A stretch of DNA of 64,000 bases, taken from contig NC_042997.1 of assembly GCF_006345805.1 (NCBI RefSeq), positions 107,756,001 to 107,820,000 on the forward strand, given 5' to 3'. Position numbers and translations under genes: made by a program. Positions 13,373-26,561 of this stretch are shown here, piece by piece (position 1 is the stretch's first letter; each line of letters opens with the position of its first letter). Source of the DNA: Octopus sinensis. Taxonomy: Eukaryota. Below the pieces are notes generated by a model. The model was not told where the DNA came from and ran no database searches. It worked only from the letters and a program-made list of their open reading frames with translations.

Positions 13373-14831
13373 TAGCTGTCAAATGCTACAATTTGTAGGA
13401 ATTGGTTCCCATTGCCTGCCCCTATTTAGAGCAGTTTTATGTCAGTTCTTTCCCTTCATGTATTATCTGTTGAGCAGTGTTGTCTTGTGACTTCTGTCTT
13501 CCTTTTTGGCTCAGATCTGAAGTTCTTCATCAAGAAGTTTAACCTGTTGCTCCTCTTTAAATGCTAATTACTATTGGATGTCATTAACAATGCCCACCAT
13601 GGATTCTCTTCTCCTATTATTGATATCCATTCAGTAAAAGTCTGGTTCCCTGTTCCACACCCTGTGTTCATCTTTCAATGTTTCAATAAAGACAAAGACT
13701 ATCTCAGGCAGACAGAAATGGAATATTGGTTTCATATCCATTATCATCATCATCAAACGTCCACTTTCCATGTTGGCATGGGTTAGAGACAAGATGTTAA
13801 TACATTGTTAAAATCCCAAATGGCCCTTATACTCATAATGCCATCAATAGGAACTTGCATGTGTGAATTATTGCAAGCAACTTTAAAAATTATTTTGTAA
13901 GACATCTATGAAAGAAGCATGTCAGCAAAATAATCTGATGCAGCATCTATAAGGGTGTGCTTGTGAAAACAGTCCAAACTAGATACATGGCCCAACGTCT
14001 AAGTACCCCCAACAGTTCCATGTCCTGCTGGCATCTCTACAGCACAACATCTCCATAGTTCTACAGTTCTCTAATTCAATAGAAATCATATAACTGAGAT
14101 TTATTTCCATCACAATCCTACATTTTAGAAATCTTTCATTCTTTTTCAAATCTTATTTTTACTGACATATTTTGTCTCTTCAGATCTACCATACATATTC
14201 TGGCAGTTATCATTTTCTATAAATTGTTCAGACCACCTTGGGGCAAATGTCTTCTACTGTATCCCTCAGCTGACTGAAGCCTTGTGAGTGGATTTGGTTG
14301 ATGGAAACTGAAAGAAGCCCATCTGTATCTATCTAATATGTAAATGGTATACATGTTTGTGCCTTCTCATCTTGATAGTGTGGGATAGTTGTAAAATGAT
14401 TGTCCCTGTCATATATGCATTGTCATTCATTTCCAGTTTTGTGCGAGGGCCTGCCTGGCTATGGACAATATTACTTTGGGAAACGGGTGAGGGTTAGCGT
14501 CAGGAAGAGCATCCAGCCACAGAAAATCTGTCTCAAATGCCATTTGACTCTTATTTGACTTATTTCTGTGTTGCTTTTTTTATTCTTTTACTTGTTTCAG
14601 TCATTTGACTGTGGCCATGCGGGAGCACTGCCTTTAGTCGAGCAAATTGACTCCAGGACCCCTTGTTCTTTGTAAGCCTAGTACTTATTCTATCGGTCTT
14701 TTTTTTGACGAACTGCTAACTTACGGGGATGTAAGCACCTCAGCATCGGTTGTTAAGCAATGGTGGTGGGCAGATACATACACAAATATCTATGTGTGTG
14801 TTTATCTATCTATCTATCTATCTATATATAT

Positions 14832-15073
14832 ATCATCATCATCATCATCATCATCATCATCGTTTAACGTCCGTTTTCCGCGCTAGCACGGGTTGGACGG
14901 TTTCGACCGGGGTCTGGGGAGCTCCAGGCTCCAGTCTAGTCTGGCAGTGTTTCTACAGCTGGATGCCCTTCCTAACGCCAACCACTCCGCGAGTGTAGTG
15001 GGTGTTTTTTACGTGCCACCTGCACAGGTGCCAGAGGGGTCTGGCATCGGCCACGTTCGGATGGTGCTTTTTA
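14832..15073 (-). mobile_element. RTE 3'-UTR fragment, (CAT)9 tail
   Basis: Same cgtttaacgtccgttttcc...gctggatgcccttcctaacgccaaccactcc sequence. Confidence 0.8.
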
Positions 15074-15329
15074 TGTGGGGGGGGGTGCAGAAATATAGGG
15101 AAGCACCAGTGGGGAGGGGTGGTTCAGAGAAATGATGACATGTTCTAGGCAAGTAGAACGTAGGATATCGAGAGAGGGGTAATGCATGGTGAAATAGCGT
15201 ATTGAAGAGGGGGGGGGTTCGAAGAGTAGACACCTATAATGGTGGTGGGAGAAGCGACATCCGGTATAGATGGAGCAAAAATATAGATATCCAGTATTGG
15301 TGGTGGGGGTGGGTAGGGCGGGTGCACCG

Positions 15330-15536
15330 CGAAGATACGAATGTTGATTAATACGAGGAGAAATGATATGAAATGAATAAGATTAGATAAGATAGACAGA
15401 TAGAGAAATTTGATAAAATTATGAATGGTCAAAGATAGACAGAGAAATTTGATAAAATTATGAATGGTCAGTAAAGAGTTGAAAATAGCAATTCAAAACA
15501 CCTATCTTGTTCGCAATCGGAAATTCACAGCTTGTA

Positions 15537-15594
<58 letters not shown>

Positions 15595-15842
15595 TACATG
15601 TGAATTAGAGAGAAAAGGCTTCAAGATGGCACGAAGATACGAATGTTGATTAATACGAGGAGAAATGATATGAAATGAATAAGATTAGATAAGATAGACA
15701 GATAGAGAAATTTGATAAAATTATGAATGGTCAAAGATAGACAGAGAAATTTGATAAAATTATGAATGGTCAGTAAAGAGTTGAAAATAGCAATTCAAAA
15801 CACCTATCTTGTTCGCAATCGGAAATTCACAGCTTGTAGATG
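15330..15842. repeat. 211-bp direct repeat flanking (GA)n
   Basis: 15330-15540 and 15632-15842 look identical; ~(GA)25 plus ~40 bp lie between. Confidence 0.9.
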
Positions 15843-15984
15843 GATGATGATAATCATTTATAGCTATCCCATCATATAAAGACAAGGAGACACAAACACA
15901 CACACACATAATTAATATATATATATAGTCCAACCCATGCTAGCATGGAAAGCGGACGTTAAACGATGATGATGATGATATATA

Positions 15985-16160
15985 CACACACACACACACA
16001 TGACAGGCTTCTTACAGTTTCCGTCTACCAAATCCACTCACAAGGCTTTGGTTGTCCCGAGGCTATAGTAGAAGACACTTGCCCAAGGTGCCATGCAATG
16101 GGCCTGAACCTGGAACCATGTGGTTGGGAAGCAAGCTTCTTATTACACAGCCACGCCTTC
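15985..16160 (-). mobile_element. tRNA-derived SINE family 2 (representative copy)
   Basis: Minus-strand head aggcgtggctgtg..ggttcaggccc, core ggcaccttgggcaagtgtcttctactatagcc, then (TG)n. Related copies: 14238-14330, 14570-14790, 24445-24800, 32695-32940, 54180-54290. Confidence 0.7.
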
Positions 16161-17206
16161 ACTTATTCATGTAAAATATTGTTCCTATTTTCATTCTCTT
16201 CGTGTAACAATCTGTCCTGGGGTCAGGTTTTAAAGAATTGAAATTGAACTGATTGAGTTTAGATGATGTTATATTTAATACCAATCACCCTAGTGACTGA
16301 AGTTAAATATAAAAAAGTTGTCTAATCCAGAATATTTCCATGTCTTTTATAAATAAAGTTTAGTCTTGTGGTGGTCTCTTTTAAAATTTCACATGTTAGA
16401 GGTTAGGGTTTCACTCAACCTGTGTGGCCCATCTTATCACGAATGTATATAGGTGGTTACATTAGGTCGCCTGTTATCATCACCTTGTGTTATGTCAGCT
16501 TATCTAACAGCATACTCTAGTTCCTTTTCTCAAAGACTCTGTCATCTTCCTGCCATCTCAGTTATATTGCCTTTGATACACCTACCCATCTCTCAGAATA
16601 TTATCTACTCTATGACTCCTTCTCCTCCTCTTCTTGCTCACATCCCTCTCATCACTATCACTCATATTTCTCACTCTAATGGAACAGACAACTGAAAAGT
16701 GACAGCCTGGAAAGTGGTTGGTGTTAATAAGGGGATCCACCTGTGGAAACCAAAGCATAATGGAGCCAAGTGTATAAAGTCCCCCTGTCTCGGAGAGCAG
16801 ACCTGTCCCACTCGTGCCAGCATGGACAGTGGACATAAAATAATAATGAAAGAAACCAGAGTTAGAAATGAAGAGGAACCAAGTTTGTTTAAGGAAGCAG
16901 GACAGCTCTCAAAGAACAGAAGAAGTTTTAGAGTGGGGAGTTGGTCTCTATGTTTGCAACGGGGTTCAGCAACAGGCAGTCAGGTGATGGAAAACTAAAA
17001 CAGTTCCTCTGATGGGTTTCAGCATAGTTTTCATGTGATTATACAAGCTTTGTACCTAAAACTATAGAAGATATACTGTGAGATTGAACCCCAAAACATG
17101 AAGTTTGTAAAGCAAACTTAATCTATACTACCATAGCTGCACCAATAACTTGTATAGAAAGGATTGAATTATCTCCCTTTGTTTGAACTTTATTTTTAAT
17201 TTTTAA

Positions 17207-18279
17207 CCCTTTCGTTACCAAACCGCCCAAAGCCGCCCGTATTTACCTATTCATATTTAAATGAGAATATCAGAGCAAATCTCTTTAGTACATTCGTGAA
17301 AACAGGTGATTATACTTCGTAAACAGTTCATCTACAGTTTTGTACAACGATCGACGTGTAATTTTAATTCCCTGAATTTTGGGAGATTTTTTTTCCACAT
17401 TTTTTTCGGCATCGATTTTTCTTCAACTTTGAAAATGGATAGGAGTTTCATGTTATCAAGCATTGATTCCAAATTGGAAAATTTGTGAAGCAAATACTGG
17501 GTATTGTTGTGGATTTAGTTTTTATACAGGGAAACTAATGTTAGTCAGCATGGCTTAGGGTATGATGTGGTCTGGAAGTTATTGTTTGAAGCGATCAATG
17601 TGGAAACAAACTTACACAGGATGTAAACAAACACAAAATGGGGGTTCAAATTTCGGAAAATTTGTGAAACAAATACTGGATACTGCATGGATTTAGTTTT
17701 TATACAGGGAAAATAATGTTAGTCAGCATGGCCTAGGGAATGATATGGTCTGGAATTTATCACTTCCATACCATAATCAGGGCCGTATATTATTTTTTGA
17801 CCGATTTCTTTAGTTCGGTCAAACGTGCGGTGGATTCCAGTATTTCACTTTATTCCACCTTTATGGTACACCTGTTGTGCATTAAATTCAACTGATGATA
17901 TAGTGATGTGCACAATTCTTCTTTATCAAAATTTTGTTGCATACCCATTTGAATATTAGCTGATGATTCATTTTCTATGGTGATGTTTAAACAAAATTTT
18001 AATATTTTTACCTTTTGCTCAATTTAAAATTTTAATATTTTTACCTTTTGCTCAATTTACCTGGATTTACTTGTAATTAAAGTCACTTTGAGACAAAAGT
18101 TATGCAATAGAATTGATTAAGAATCCTTTCTTTAATTATGTTCCAAATATCACATTAATATGTTGATAAGTAAAAAAGTTAGTTATTTAATGAAACAAGC
18201 CTAAATTAATGATTATTTTAGAATTTAATTGAAACTCATGAGGGGGTGTATTTTGGTCAGAAATATAGTAACGAAAGGG
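17207..18279 (+). mobile_element. piggyBac-like deletion derivative with intact TTAA target sites
   Basis: TTAA|CCCTTTCGTTAC...GTAACGAAAGGG|TTAA; internal remnants EANTGYCCGFSFYTGK (duplicated) and PYHNQGRILFFDRF; both ends match 12234-13372 in opposite orientation. Confidence 0.85.
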
Positions 18280-18589
18280 TTAAACTTAGTATTTTCTTAA
18301 GTATTAACAGTTTGTTTCTGCTTGTTTGATTGGTTTAGTAAATATTTGTGAATTAATAATGTCCTGTTTGTGTACAAGGTCTACCATTGTATATTTTATA
18401 CAAGACAACACGTAACATTGAACAAGTTTGTTTAACCTATTCCATTTAGTGGGACAACACTTCCCAAACAGTAAATCTCTTAAAAGTGTGATATCTATTT
18501 TTCATTGGATGTGCAATGACTATCATCTAAATTGAATTAAATAACGATTTCATGTAAATAATTCTGTTTCCTTTTTTTTTTTTTTTTAG

Positions 18590-18739
18590 GGTAAAATTGC
18601 TTGTGCCAATGTGTTAAGTGACTTGTATGCCATGGGCGTCACTGAATGTGACAATATGCTCATGTTGCTTGGTGTCAGTAATAAAATGACAGAAAAAGAA
18701 AGAGATGTGGTCGTTCCAATTATGATGCGTGGTTTCAAG
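18590..18739 (+). CDS. SPS2: Selenophosphate synthetase exon
   Basis: Long poly-T tract + ag; [50 protein letters not shown]; donor gtcagt; phase matches neighbours. Confidence 0.95.
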
Positions 18740-18839
18740 GTCAGTTTTACTGTTTTCATTTTAAATTAGTGAATTAATTAGAAAGACACTCTTAATTAAT
18801 ATATCTGTCTGTTGTTTGCTGTGGTATTTATTGCTTTAA

Positions 18840-19058
18840 CCCTTTAGCATTTAAACTGGGCCATATCAGGCCCAAATATCTGACCTGCTTTATGTTAACA
18901 CTAGCCAGATCTGGCTTCTCGCACCTACCCTACAATGTCATGCTAAAAGTAAGTAATCACATTGAAATCTCAAGGCTATGAAATCATGTATGATTAAATT
19001 CATATCGATGCGAATAAATCTGCTTTACATTTGACAAAATAATCTGAAAGCTAAAAGG
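18840..19058. mobile_element. Second TTAA MITE family copy
   Basis: TTAA|CCCTTTAGCATTTAAACTGG...ctaaaagg|ataa; body matches 10007-10208. Confidence 0.7.
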
Positions 19059-19087
19059 ATAAAAGTTTGATGGATGAAACAATTCGA

Positions 19088-19322
19088 AAGGCAGTGAGCT
19101 GGTAGAAACGTTAGCACGCCGGGTGAAATGCTTAGTGGTATTTCGTCTGTCGTTACGTTCTGAGTTCAAATTCTGCCGAGGTTGACTTTGCCTTTCATCC
19201 TTTCGGGGTCGATAAATTAAGTACCAGTTACACACTGGGGTTGATGTAATCGACTTAATCCCTTTGTCTGTCCTTGTTTGTCCCCTTTATGTTTAGCCCC
19301 TTGTGAGTAGTAAAGAAATAAG
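19088..19322 (+). mobile_element. tRNA-derived SINE family 1, tail type A (representative copy)
   Basis: A-box-like ggcagtgagctggtagaa, B-box gagttcaaattc, core gcctttcatcctttcggggtcgataaattaagtacc, tail ...tttagccccttgtgagtagtaaagaaat. Other type-A copies: 1243-1455(-), 60242-60432(-), 63520-63925(-). Confidence 0.8.
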
Positions 19323-20127
19323 AAACAATTCAAAAGGAATCAGTGGATTTGGGAAATAGAAATGAAATACTTTGGTATTTCATTGTTTTTATTGATTTTA
19401 ACCTTTTAGCATTTAAACTGACCATATCCAGCCTAAATATTCTTGTTGTTTTATGTTCAAACTAGCCGGATCTGGCTTCTCACACCTTCCCGAGAATGTC
19501 ATTCTAAAAAAAAAAAATAAAGTATCACATCTTTGCAATCACAAAACTACAAGATAGTAGATACCATATTTGATGGCCTACAAGATGTACCTTTTTTTTA
19601 TCCCAAAATGGCTTTAAAAAAACCCCTGTGTCCAGTGCATTCAATGTAGGCTCAAAAAACTCAGACTGCATTTCTGATACTATATTTTATAAGAAAGAAC
19701 ATGGTAATATCAGAGGGGGAAGGGTTTGTGGATGGCAAGGCATTACAAAACGTGTGCTGCCATCTGTCTGTGGTATGTTTAAATTGAATGTGGATGCAAT
19801 AAATTGCTTATAATTACTGCTAATAACATAAAGTGGAGGAATTAAAACATTATTTTAGTAGTAATTTATTTTACAAAAGTATAGCCTAGGCTGGGTGTGT
19901 TCTATGCAATCGTGCATCTCATAGGCCATCAAATACAGTAATTAATTCAAAACAATGTGAATAAATAAGAATTACATATGACAGAGCAATCTGAATTTCT
20001 AAGAATATAAGAAAATGAAAGTCTTAGCCAACTTGGAATTTCAGGTTTGGTTGATGTAAGAATTCTGATGTAAATCTTGAGGGAAATATTTAACATTTTA
20101 ACAATTTGAAGAAAAGTTACCATCAAT

Positions 20128-20570
20128 ATCACCATCATCGTCATCATTTAATGTCTGTTGTCCATGCTGGCATAGGTTGGATGGTTTGACCAGGGTTGGT
20201 AAGCTGGAAGGCTGCACTACATTCCAGTCTGATTTGGCATGGATGCCCTTCCTAACACCAACCACTCCAAGAGCTTAATGGGTGCTGTTATGTGCTACTG
20301 GCGCGAGTGCCATTTGCATGACACCAGTATCTGCCACGACTGCAATTTTGCTCGGCTTGTTGGGTCTTTTTCTCAAGCACAACGTAATGCCAAAGGTGTT
20401 GGTCATTGCCTCTGTGAAGCCCAATGCTCGACAGGAACTCGGCCACTTTGCCTTCATGAGGCCCAACTCTCGAAAGGAACTCAGCCACTTTACCTTTGTG
20501 CGGCCCAATACCCCAACAGTGCTCATTATGTGCCACCAGCATGTGTGCCAGTTAGACACTAACATCAACC
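20128..20570 (-). mobile_element. Non-autonomous RTE-tailed element carrying two 39/40-bp units
   Basis: RTE tail at 20128-20290; the body at 20430-20515 contains the reverse complement of the 30434-30902 repeat unit. Confidence 0.65.
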
Positions 20571-23324
20571 ATAAAAAAAAAATGTTTTTGTTATGAGTGC
20601 CATTGACCTTAAGGTTAGTATTGTTTTCTTGAATGAGGTCATAGAGAGCCTGGCATTTATGATTGAGGGATGGAGTTGATTCAGTCGACACTTGGAATAT
20701 TGATCACTAAATTGTATTCCTCACCATTTCATTCTTTCAACAGTATAATTGTGGAAAGAACCAAATTTGGCAGTTCAAAGAACTGTTATTACATGGAAAA
20801 ATGTGAGCATGAAAAGTAATATTCTTAAGATTTTAACCCTGGAAAAGTTCAGGACAAGTTATTACACTTGGAAAATAACAGGACAAGTCATTACACCTGG
20901 AATTGTATAGGACAAACTATTCTAGTAAAGAATAAGAAACTTTTTACTTAAAATATTGCAACTAAGAATGCCAGTTCTAATCACTCTTTACAGTTCTCAT
21001 CTTTTAAATTTATTGTACAAAACTGTTCAGCTAATTTGTAAGTTTGTCTATTAGTCACTTTTTTCTGTATTTAAGGTTGTAAATTAGCCAAATTCTACTT
21101 ACATAAGTATTGTGTTATTTGTAAACTATAAGTTTTGATATTTAATTTTAATTTTAGCTGCAATATTTTAAGTAAAAAGTTTCTTATTATTTACTAGAAG
21201 TAAAAGCTTGTCCTATACTTTTACAGGTGTAATAACTTGAATCTTAAGAATATTACTTTTCATGCTCGCATTTTTCCATGTAATCCTTGATTTTTCCAGG
21301 CATTGCTATTACAAGATAATTAATATGTCAATTAATAATTTAAGATTTTACCTTATAAAATACTGAAAGATAATTAAATTTTTTTCATGTTTAATTTAAA
21401 TATTTGTTGTGATTGAATTATTTGATATTACCCATCCACACCAAATTAATGACAGGGATTTTTACCATCTTGTTGGTTGCACCATGGCTCACCGAAAGTT
21501 ACAAACAACAAGACCCCAAAACCATCAGTTGCCAGGCTCACCTTAAGTAACCTCATTTTGCAATATTAGGAGGTCACAGGAATTCATTCAATGAAAAAGA
21601 AAATTTCCACTGATTCCAGGATTAGTGGCCCCCCACCCCCATTTTTTCTGAGCCAGAATAAGGGATTTGCAGCATATTAGGAGGTCAGGGTACTTTATTC
21701 CACACAAAAAAACTTTTTTTTTTGCTTAGTGAAAATCATGTGTGTATTAATATAGAAATTACCATAATGTTGTTATTTAGCTTCAAATCAACCCTGATAC
21801 TGCATCAAAGACATTCCAGCCTTCAACAAACTGTCTTTTTAGGGATAATCTAGGACATTATGTGCAATGGGTTTGTGATTTAGGTAGGGGGATATTTTGG
21901 CTGCTGTTTTTAGCATGTTGAGCAATCAGGTAGAGGCTCTTTCATTGGTTCAATTCCGTGATGAGATTTTTTTACATGTATATGTAACATGTATATATAT
22001 ATATCATCAGCAGAAGTTGGAGAGTTTCATGTATTGCCACTTATCAAACTCTGTAACTTCTGATGAAATAACTTCTAAAATACAAAATTTTGTAAAAAAC
22101 GTTTAGAGTAAACCCTGTTCTATGTGACACATTCTACCAGTATCAGAAGTTTCAAAGTGTTTAGTTATAAAAAAATGAATTAAATAATCTGTATGTCAAA
22201 TTGAATAAATCTGAAATGGATGAAAGGCAAAGTCGACCTCGGTGGAATTTGAACTCAGCACGTAAAGACAGAAGAAATACTGCTAAGCATTTTGCCTGGT
22301 GCGCTAACATTTCTGCCAGCTTGCTGCCCCAGAATGTAAACATTTATTTTAGAAATATATTCTTATTGGTTGGGGGCGTTACTCCTTTACTTACTTCCTC
22401 GCTTATTTTATATTTTATGACATTTCACCTCATAACTTATTTTCTACTAATTTTTGTTCAATGCGACTAACAATTCTGTATTCCTCACACATTTTTCTAT
22501 CATTTAAGCCTAAGAAAAGTATACTTTTATTTAAAAATTTAAAAAATTATGTTAATTGAAGAAGGATACCTGCTTTACTGCCCAGCTTTAGACCCCACAT
22601 ATTTTGTTGTAATTTTTTTTTCTTACTGAACCAAATCTCAAACTATTTATGCCAAAGTGTAGCTGAAGAAATGTCCTCTTTAAGACTATTAACAATTTGC
22701 AATTTAGTTGAGAACTGAATTAGTGGTGAAGCTTGGAAGCTGCTGTGATTGACGAAATGGTTGACTTAAGAATATATTCAACCACTACCGTGGTTGAATG
22801 ATTACAAATCACACACTTTGTGTAACAGCATCAAAGTTAAAGTAAAATGGTTTGGAAGTGAGAACTGGATCTTGTTAGAAAAGAGTGGGGATGCAATTCT
22901 ACATGTCCATTCTTTTCTCTCACTCATCTATGTTTGGAGTTATGATGACCAAAACTACCATTAGGTATCCACATCTCATACTGTACAGACTGCAATCTCC
23001 TCCTTCACTCTGCCAGACTTTCTACTGGATCAAGCACCCTGACTACATCAGTAAGTGAACTTGGACACACAGATATAGGTGATGGTGGTGGTGCAGTTAG
23101 TGTGACTTTAGTGAAACAACTACAGGTAATTATAGGATATTATCACTGATGGTGATGACAATATGTGTCTCCTGCCAACATTAGTAAAATGTATTACCTA
23201 GTCCATGCCATTTGGGTGCATGGACAGAAGTTGGAAAATATAGAATATTTCCAGTATATATATGTCATATAAAAGTAAACTTAAAACATTTGTGGCTGTT
23301 GTACAGTTAGTATTCAATGAAATA

Positions 23325-23870
23325 TCATCATCATCATCATCATCGTTTAACATTCGCTTTCCATGCTAGCATGGGTTGGACGAATGACTGAGGGCTGGCG
23401 AACTAGATGGCTGCACAAGGCTCCAATCTTGATCTGGCAGAGTTTCTACAGCTGGATGCCCTTCCTAACGCCAACCACTCTGAGAGTGTAGTGGGTGCTT
23501 TTATGTGCCACTGGCATGGGGCCAGTCAGGTGGTACTGGCAACGACTTCGCTCGAATCCTTTACACATGCCCCCGGCACAGGTGCCAGTAAGGTGATGCT
23601 GGTAACGATCACGCTCGAATGGTGTCTTTTACGTGCCACCAGCACGGAAGCCAGATAGCCACTCTGGCAACGATCACGCTCGGATGGTGCTCTTAATACC
23701 CTACTAGCACGGGGCTTGAGTGCCAGTAAGGCGACACTGGTAACGATCACGCTCGAATGGTGCCTTTTAAGTGCCACTGGCAAGGAAGCCGGTTAGCCGC
23801 TCTGTCAATGATCACACTCGTATGGTGCTCTTTGCACCCAGCTAGCATGGACGCCAGTCATCGAATTTGA
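23325..23870 (-). mobile_element. RTE 3'-UTR fragment with expanded VNTR (5-6 units)
   Basis: CAT tail, shared tail body, then repeated tggtgcttttacgtgccac..ggcaacgatcacgctcgaa units. Confidence 0.8.
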
Positions 23871-24309
23871 TTTTGATTTTTGAAATATAGGTTTCAGATT
23901 TTGGCACAAGGCCAGCAATTTTGGGGCAGGGGCTGATTCAGTGACATCAACCTCGGGACTCAACTGGTATTTAATATAATTAACCTCAAATGATTGAAAG
24001 GTGAACCCGACTTTGGTGGAATTTGAACTCAGAACATAAAGACAGATGAAATGCCACTAAGTATTTTTCTAATGATTCTGTCAGCCCCCCCCCTCCCCCG
24101 GACTAATCATGACCCGAAGACACCAATAATAGAATGTGGCCAATGGAAATACAAGTTGTAATCTGTAGTTGATAGATGATGATGAATAAGTTGAAATTAT
24201 ATTTAGTTTAATTTTTTTCTGTTTAATTGTTTTTTTTTTTTTTCCTGAAAACTTTCCTATCCTATTTTCTTGTAATTTTTTGCATTGAATCTCTTGTAAA
24301 TTCCTGAAG

Positions 24310-24422
24310 GACTTGGCTGAAGATGCTGGCACCCAGGTATCAGGTGGTCAAACAGTTATTAATCCCTGGCTGACCATTGGTGGAGTAGCAACTACAGTAT
24401 GTCAACCGAATGAATTTATAAT
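24310..24422 (+). CDS. SPS2: Selenophosphate synthetase exon
   Basis: aag|[37 protein letters not shown]+AT|gtaagg. Confidence 0.95.
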
Positions 24423-25812
24423 GTAAGGAAACAAATATATTTATTCTCTTTTATCTTATTCGTTTCGCGTGTTAAAACGCGGCCATGCTGGGGCACCGGC
24501 TTGAAGAATTTCCAGTCAAATGAATTGATCCCAGTACTTTTTTTTCTTTTCAAGCCTGTTACTTTATCATTCTTTACTGCCAAACTGCTAAGTTACAAGG
24601 GCTGTAAACAAACCAATACTGGTTGTCAAGTAGTAGTGGAGGACAAGCAAACACACATTCACATGATGGGCTTCTTTCAGTTTCCGTCTACCAAATCAAC
24701 TCACAAGGCTTTGCTTGGTCCAAGGCTGTAGTAAAAGAAACTTGCAGTGGGACTGAACCCAGAACCATGGAGTTAGGAAACAGACTCCTTTCCACACTAA
24801 TGATTTAAATTAATAAAACACTTTCGACTAAAACATTTTTACAAAGTTAATTCCCCATAGCTGTACTTTGTTGTCTTTAAAATACTAATTGGTTGTGTCT
24901 CGATTAAGGACGGAGATATTTGGTCTACTGCTATACTCAAGAAGAACCGTCTGCCACAGAACTGGTGCTGGTGCCACATAACAAGGCATCCAACCATAGA
25001 AACCCTACCAGAACAGACCCTGGAGCCTGGTGTGGCCCTTGGCCTTACCAGCTCCAGTCAAACCATCCAACCCATGCCAGCATGGAAAACGGATGTAAAA
25101 TGATGAGTTCTTCAACAGTCTCATTTAATGTCATCAATAATTATTTTCAAAAAATAGTAAAATATTTTCCTTGCAATTAGAAGATTGACTCCACACTTTT
25201 GTAATGTCTTATAGAAACTGGTTTTTCCATAGTTATAGCCTAAAACAACTTATGAGAGGGAAGGAGAGAGGGACAGGCAGAATGAAATGAACGTACCCGC
25301 ACCAGACAAGTTGCTTGGACCCTGGCATGGCTATCTTCTAAAAGAGTCTAACAATATTTGATACAAGCGCCCAACTGGTTTCCTTGTCTCTCACCATCAT
25401 ATTTAGTTAATCTTACTACAGTCCACTCTGAAGGTGGTCAGTGGTTTCTTTTTTTTTTTTTTTTTCCTGAAGGTTTTCTTACAGAATACTTTGCTTTCTC
25501 TTTAATATTGGTTAAATTTTTTGTTTTATTCAGTATTTAAAATGTTTTTTTAGAATTTTAGTTACTATTGGAAACAGTTTGTTGTTTGTAAATAATTTTT
25601 ATCTTTATCAGTTGATTAGTTAAATATGTAAATGTATGTGTATAGTTAAATCCTAGACAGGGCATTTTAAAGGTACTTCTATAGTTAAAAGCCGTATCAA
25701 CTGGGCTGAAATCTCAAGAGATTATTCCTTCTAGATTCCCTCAAATATTGAACTCTTTTTGTAAAGAAAAGTATTTTAAAAATGCTTCTTTTCCTGATTT
25801 TATTTCTTTCAG

Positions 25813-26003
25813 GCCAGACAATGCTGTAGTGGGTGACGTTCTTGTTTTGACCAAGCCCCTGGGTACTCAGGTTGCTGTGAATGCCCATCAATGGTTAGAT
25901 GAACCTGAACGAATGTCTCGGCTCAAAATGGTTGTCAGTGAAGACGATATTCGTAAAGCTTATCACAGAGCAATGTGCAGCATGTCAAGACTAAATCGCA
26001 CTG
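25813..26003 (+). CDS. SPS2: Selenophosphate synthetase exon
   Basis: ttcag|G completes Met; [63 protein letters not shown]+G|gtatgt. Confidence 0.95.
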
Positions 26004-26348
26004 GTATGTGTTACGATTTACCTTACTAATATCTTCTTATAATGATAATAGACTCAACCAACCACACTTAGTGTGTATGAGTTCCATCTTACGCTCCTCT
26101 CGCTTCTACAGTAAGAGTTACTCCTTTGCTTTTGTTACTGTTACAATATTTATTCTCTTGACGAATGTATTCGAATTTACCGTTTCTATCAACAGCACTT
26201 AGTGTTCTTTTTTTTTAAAAGAAATTTCGAATCATCGTTTCTTTTTTATTGTATTTTAAAAAATTAATTCTAAATAAAATTTTGATCATTCTGTAACTAT
26301 TAATGGCTTCATCTCATTTGAATGCTTATTTTTTGTTGTTCTTTCCAG

Positions 26349-26561
26349 CTGCTAGACTGATGCACAAATATAATGCACATGGTGCCACTGATGTCACAGG
26401 CTTTGGCCTAATTGGCCATGCAAAGAACTTGTCAAAAATTCAGAAAAACGAAGTCAGTTTTGTCATTCACAATCTGCCAATAATTGCCAAAATGGCTGCT
26501 GTCAGTAAAGCCAGTGGAAATATGTTTGGATTGTTTCAAGGACAGTCCGCAGAAACATCTG
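26349..26561 (+). CDS. SPS2: Selenophosphate synthetase exon
   Basis: ccag|(A)[27 protein letters not shown]...GQSAETS+G|gtaag; contains the conserved TDVTGFG motif. Confidence 0.95.

Noticed and set aside
19088-19170. tRNA gene calls at A/B-box sequences
   Set aside because: They are SINE heads continuing into shared core and tail sequence, and no cloverleaf is evident.
20835-20925. Three degenerate ~29-bp tandem units (ctggaaaa..aggacaagt.attacac)
   Set aside because: Short intronic minisatellite with no further structure or copies seen.
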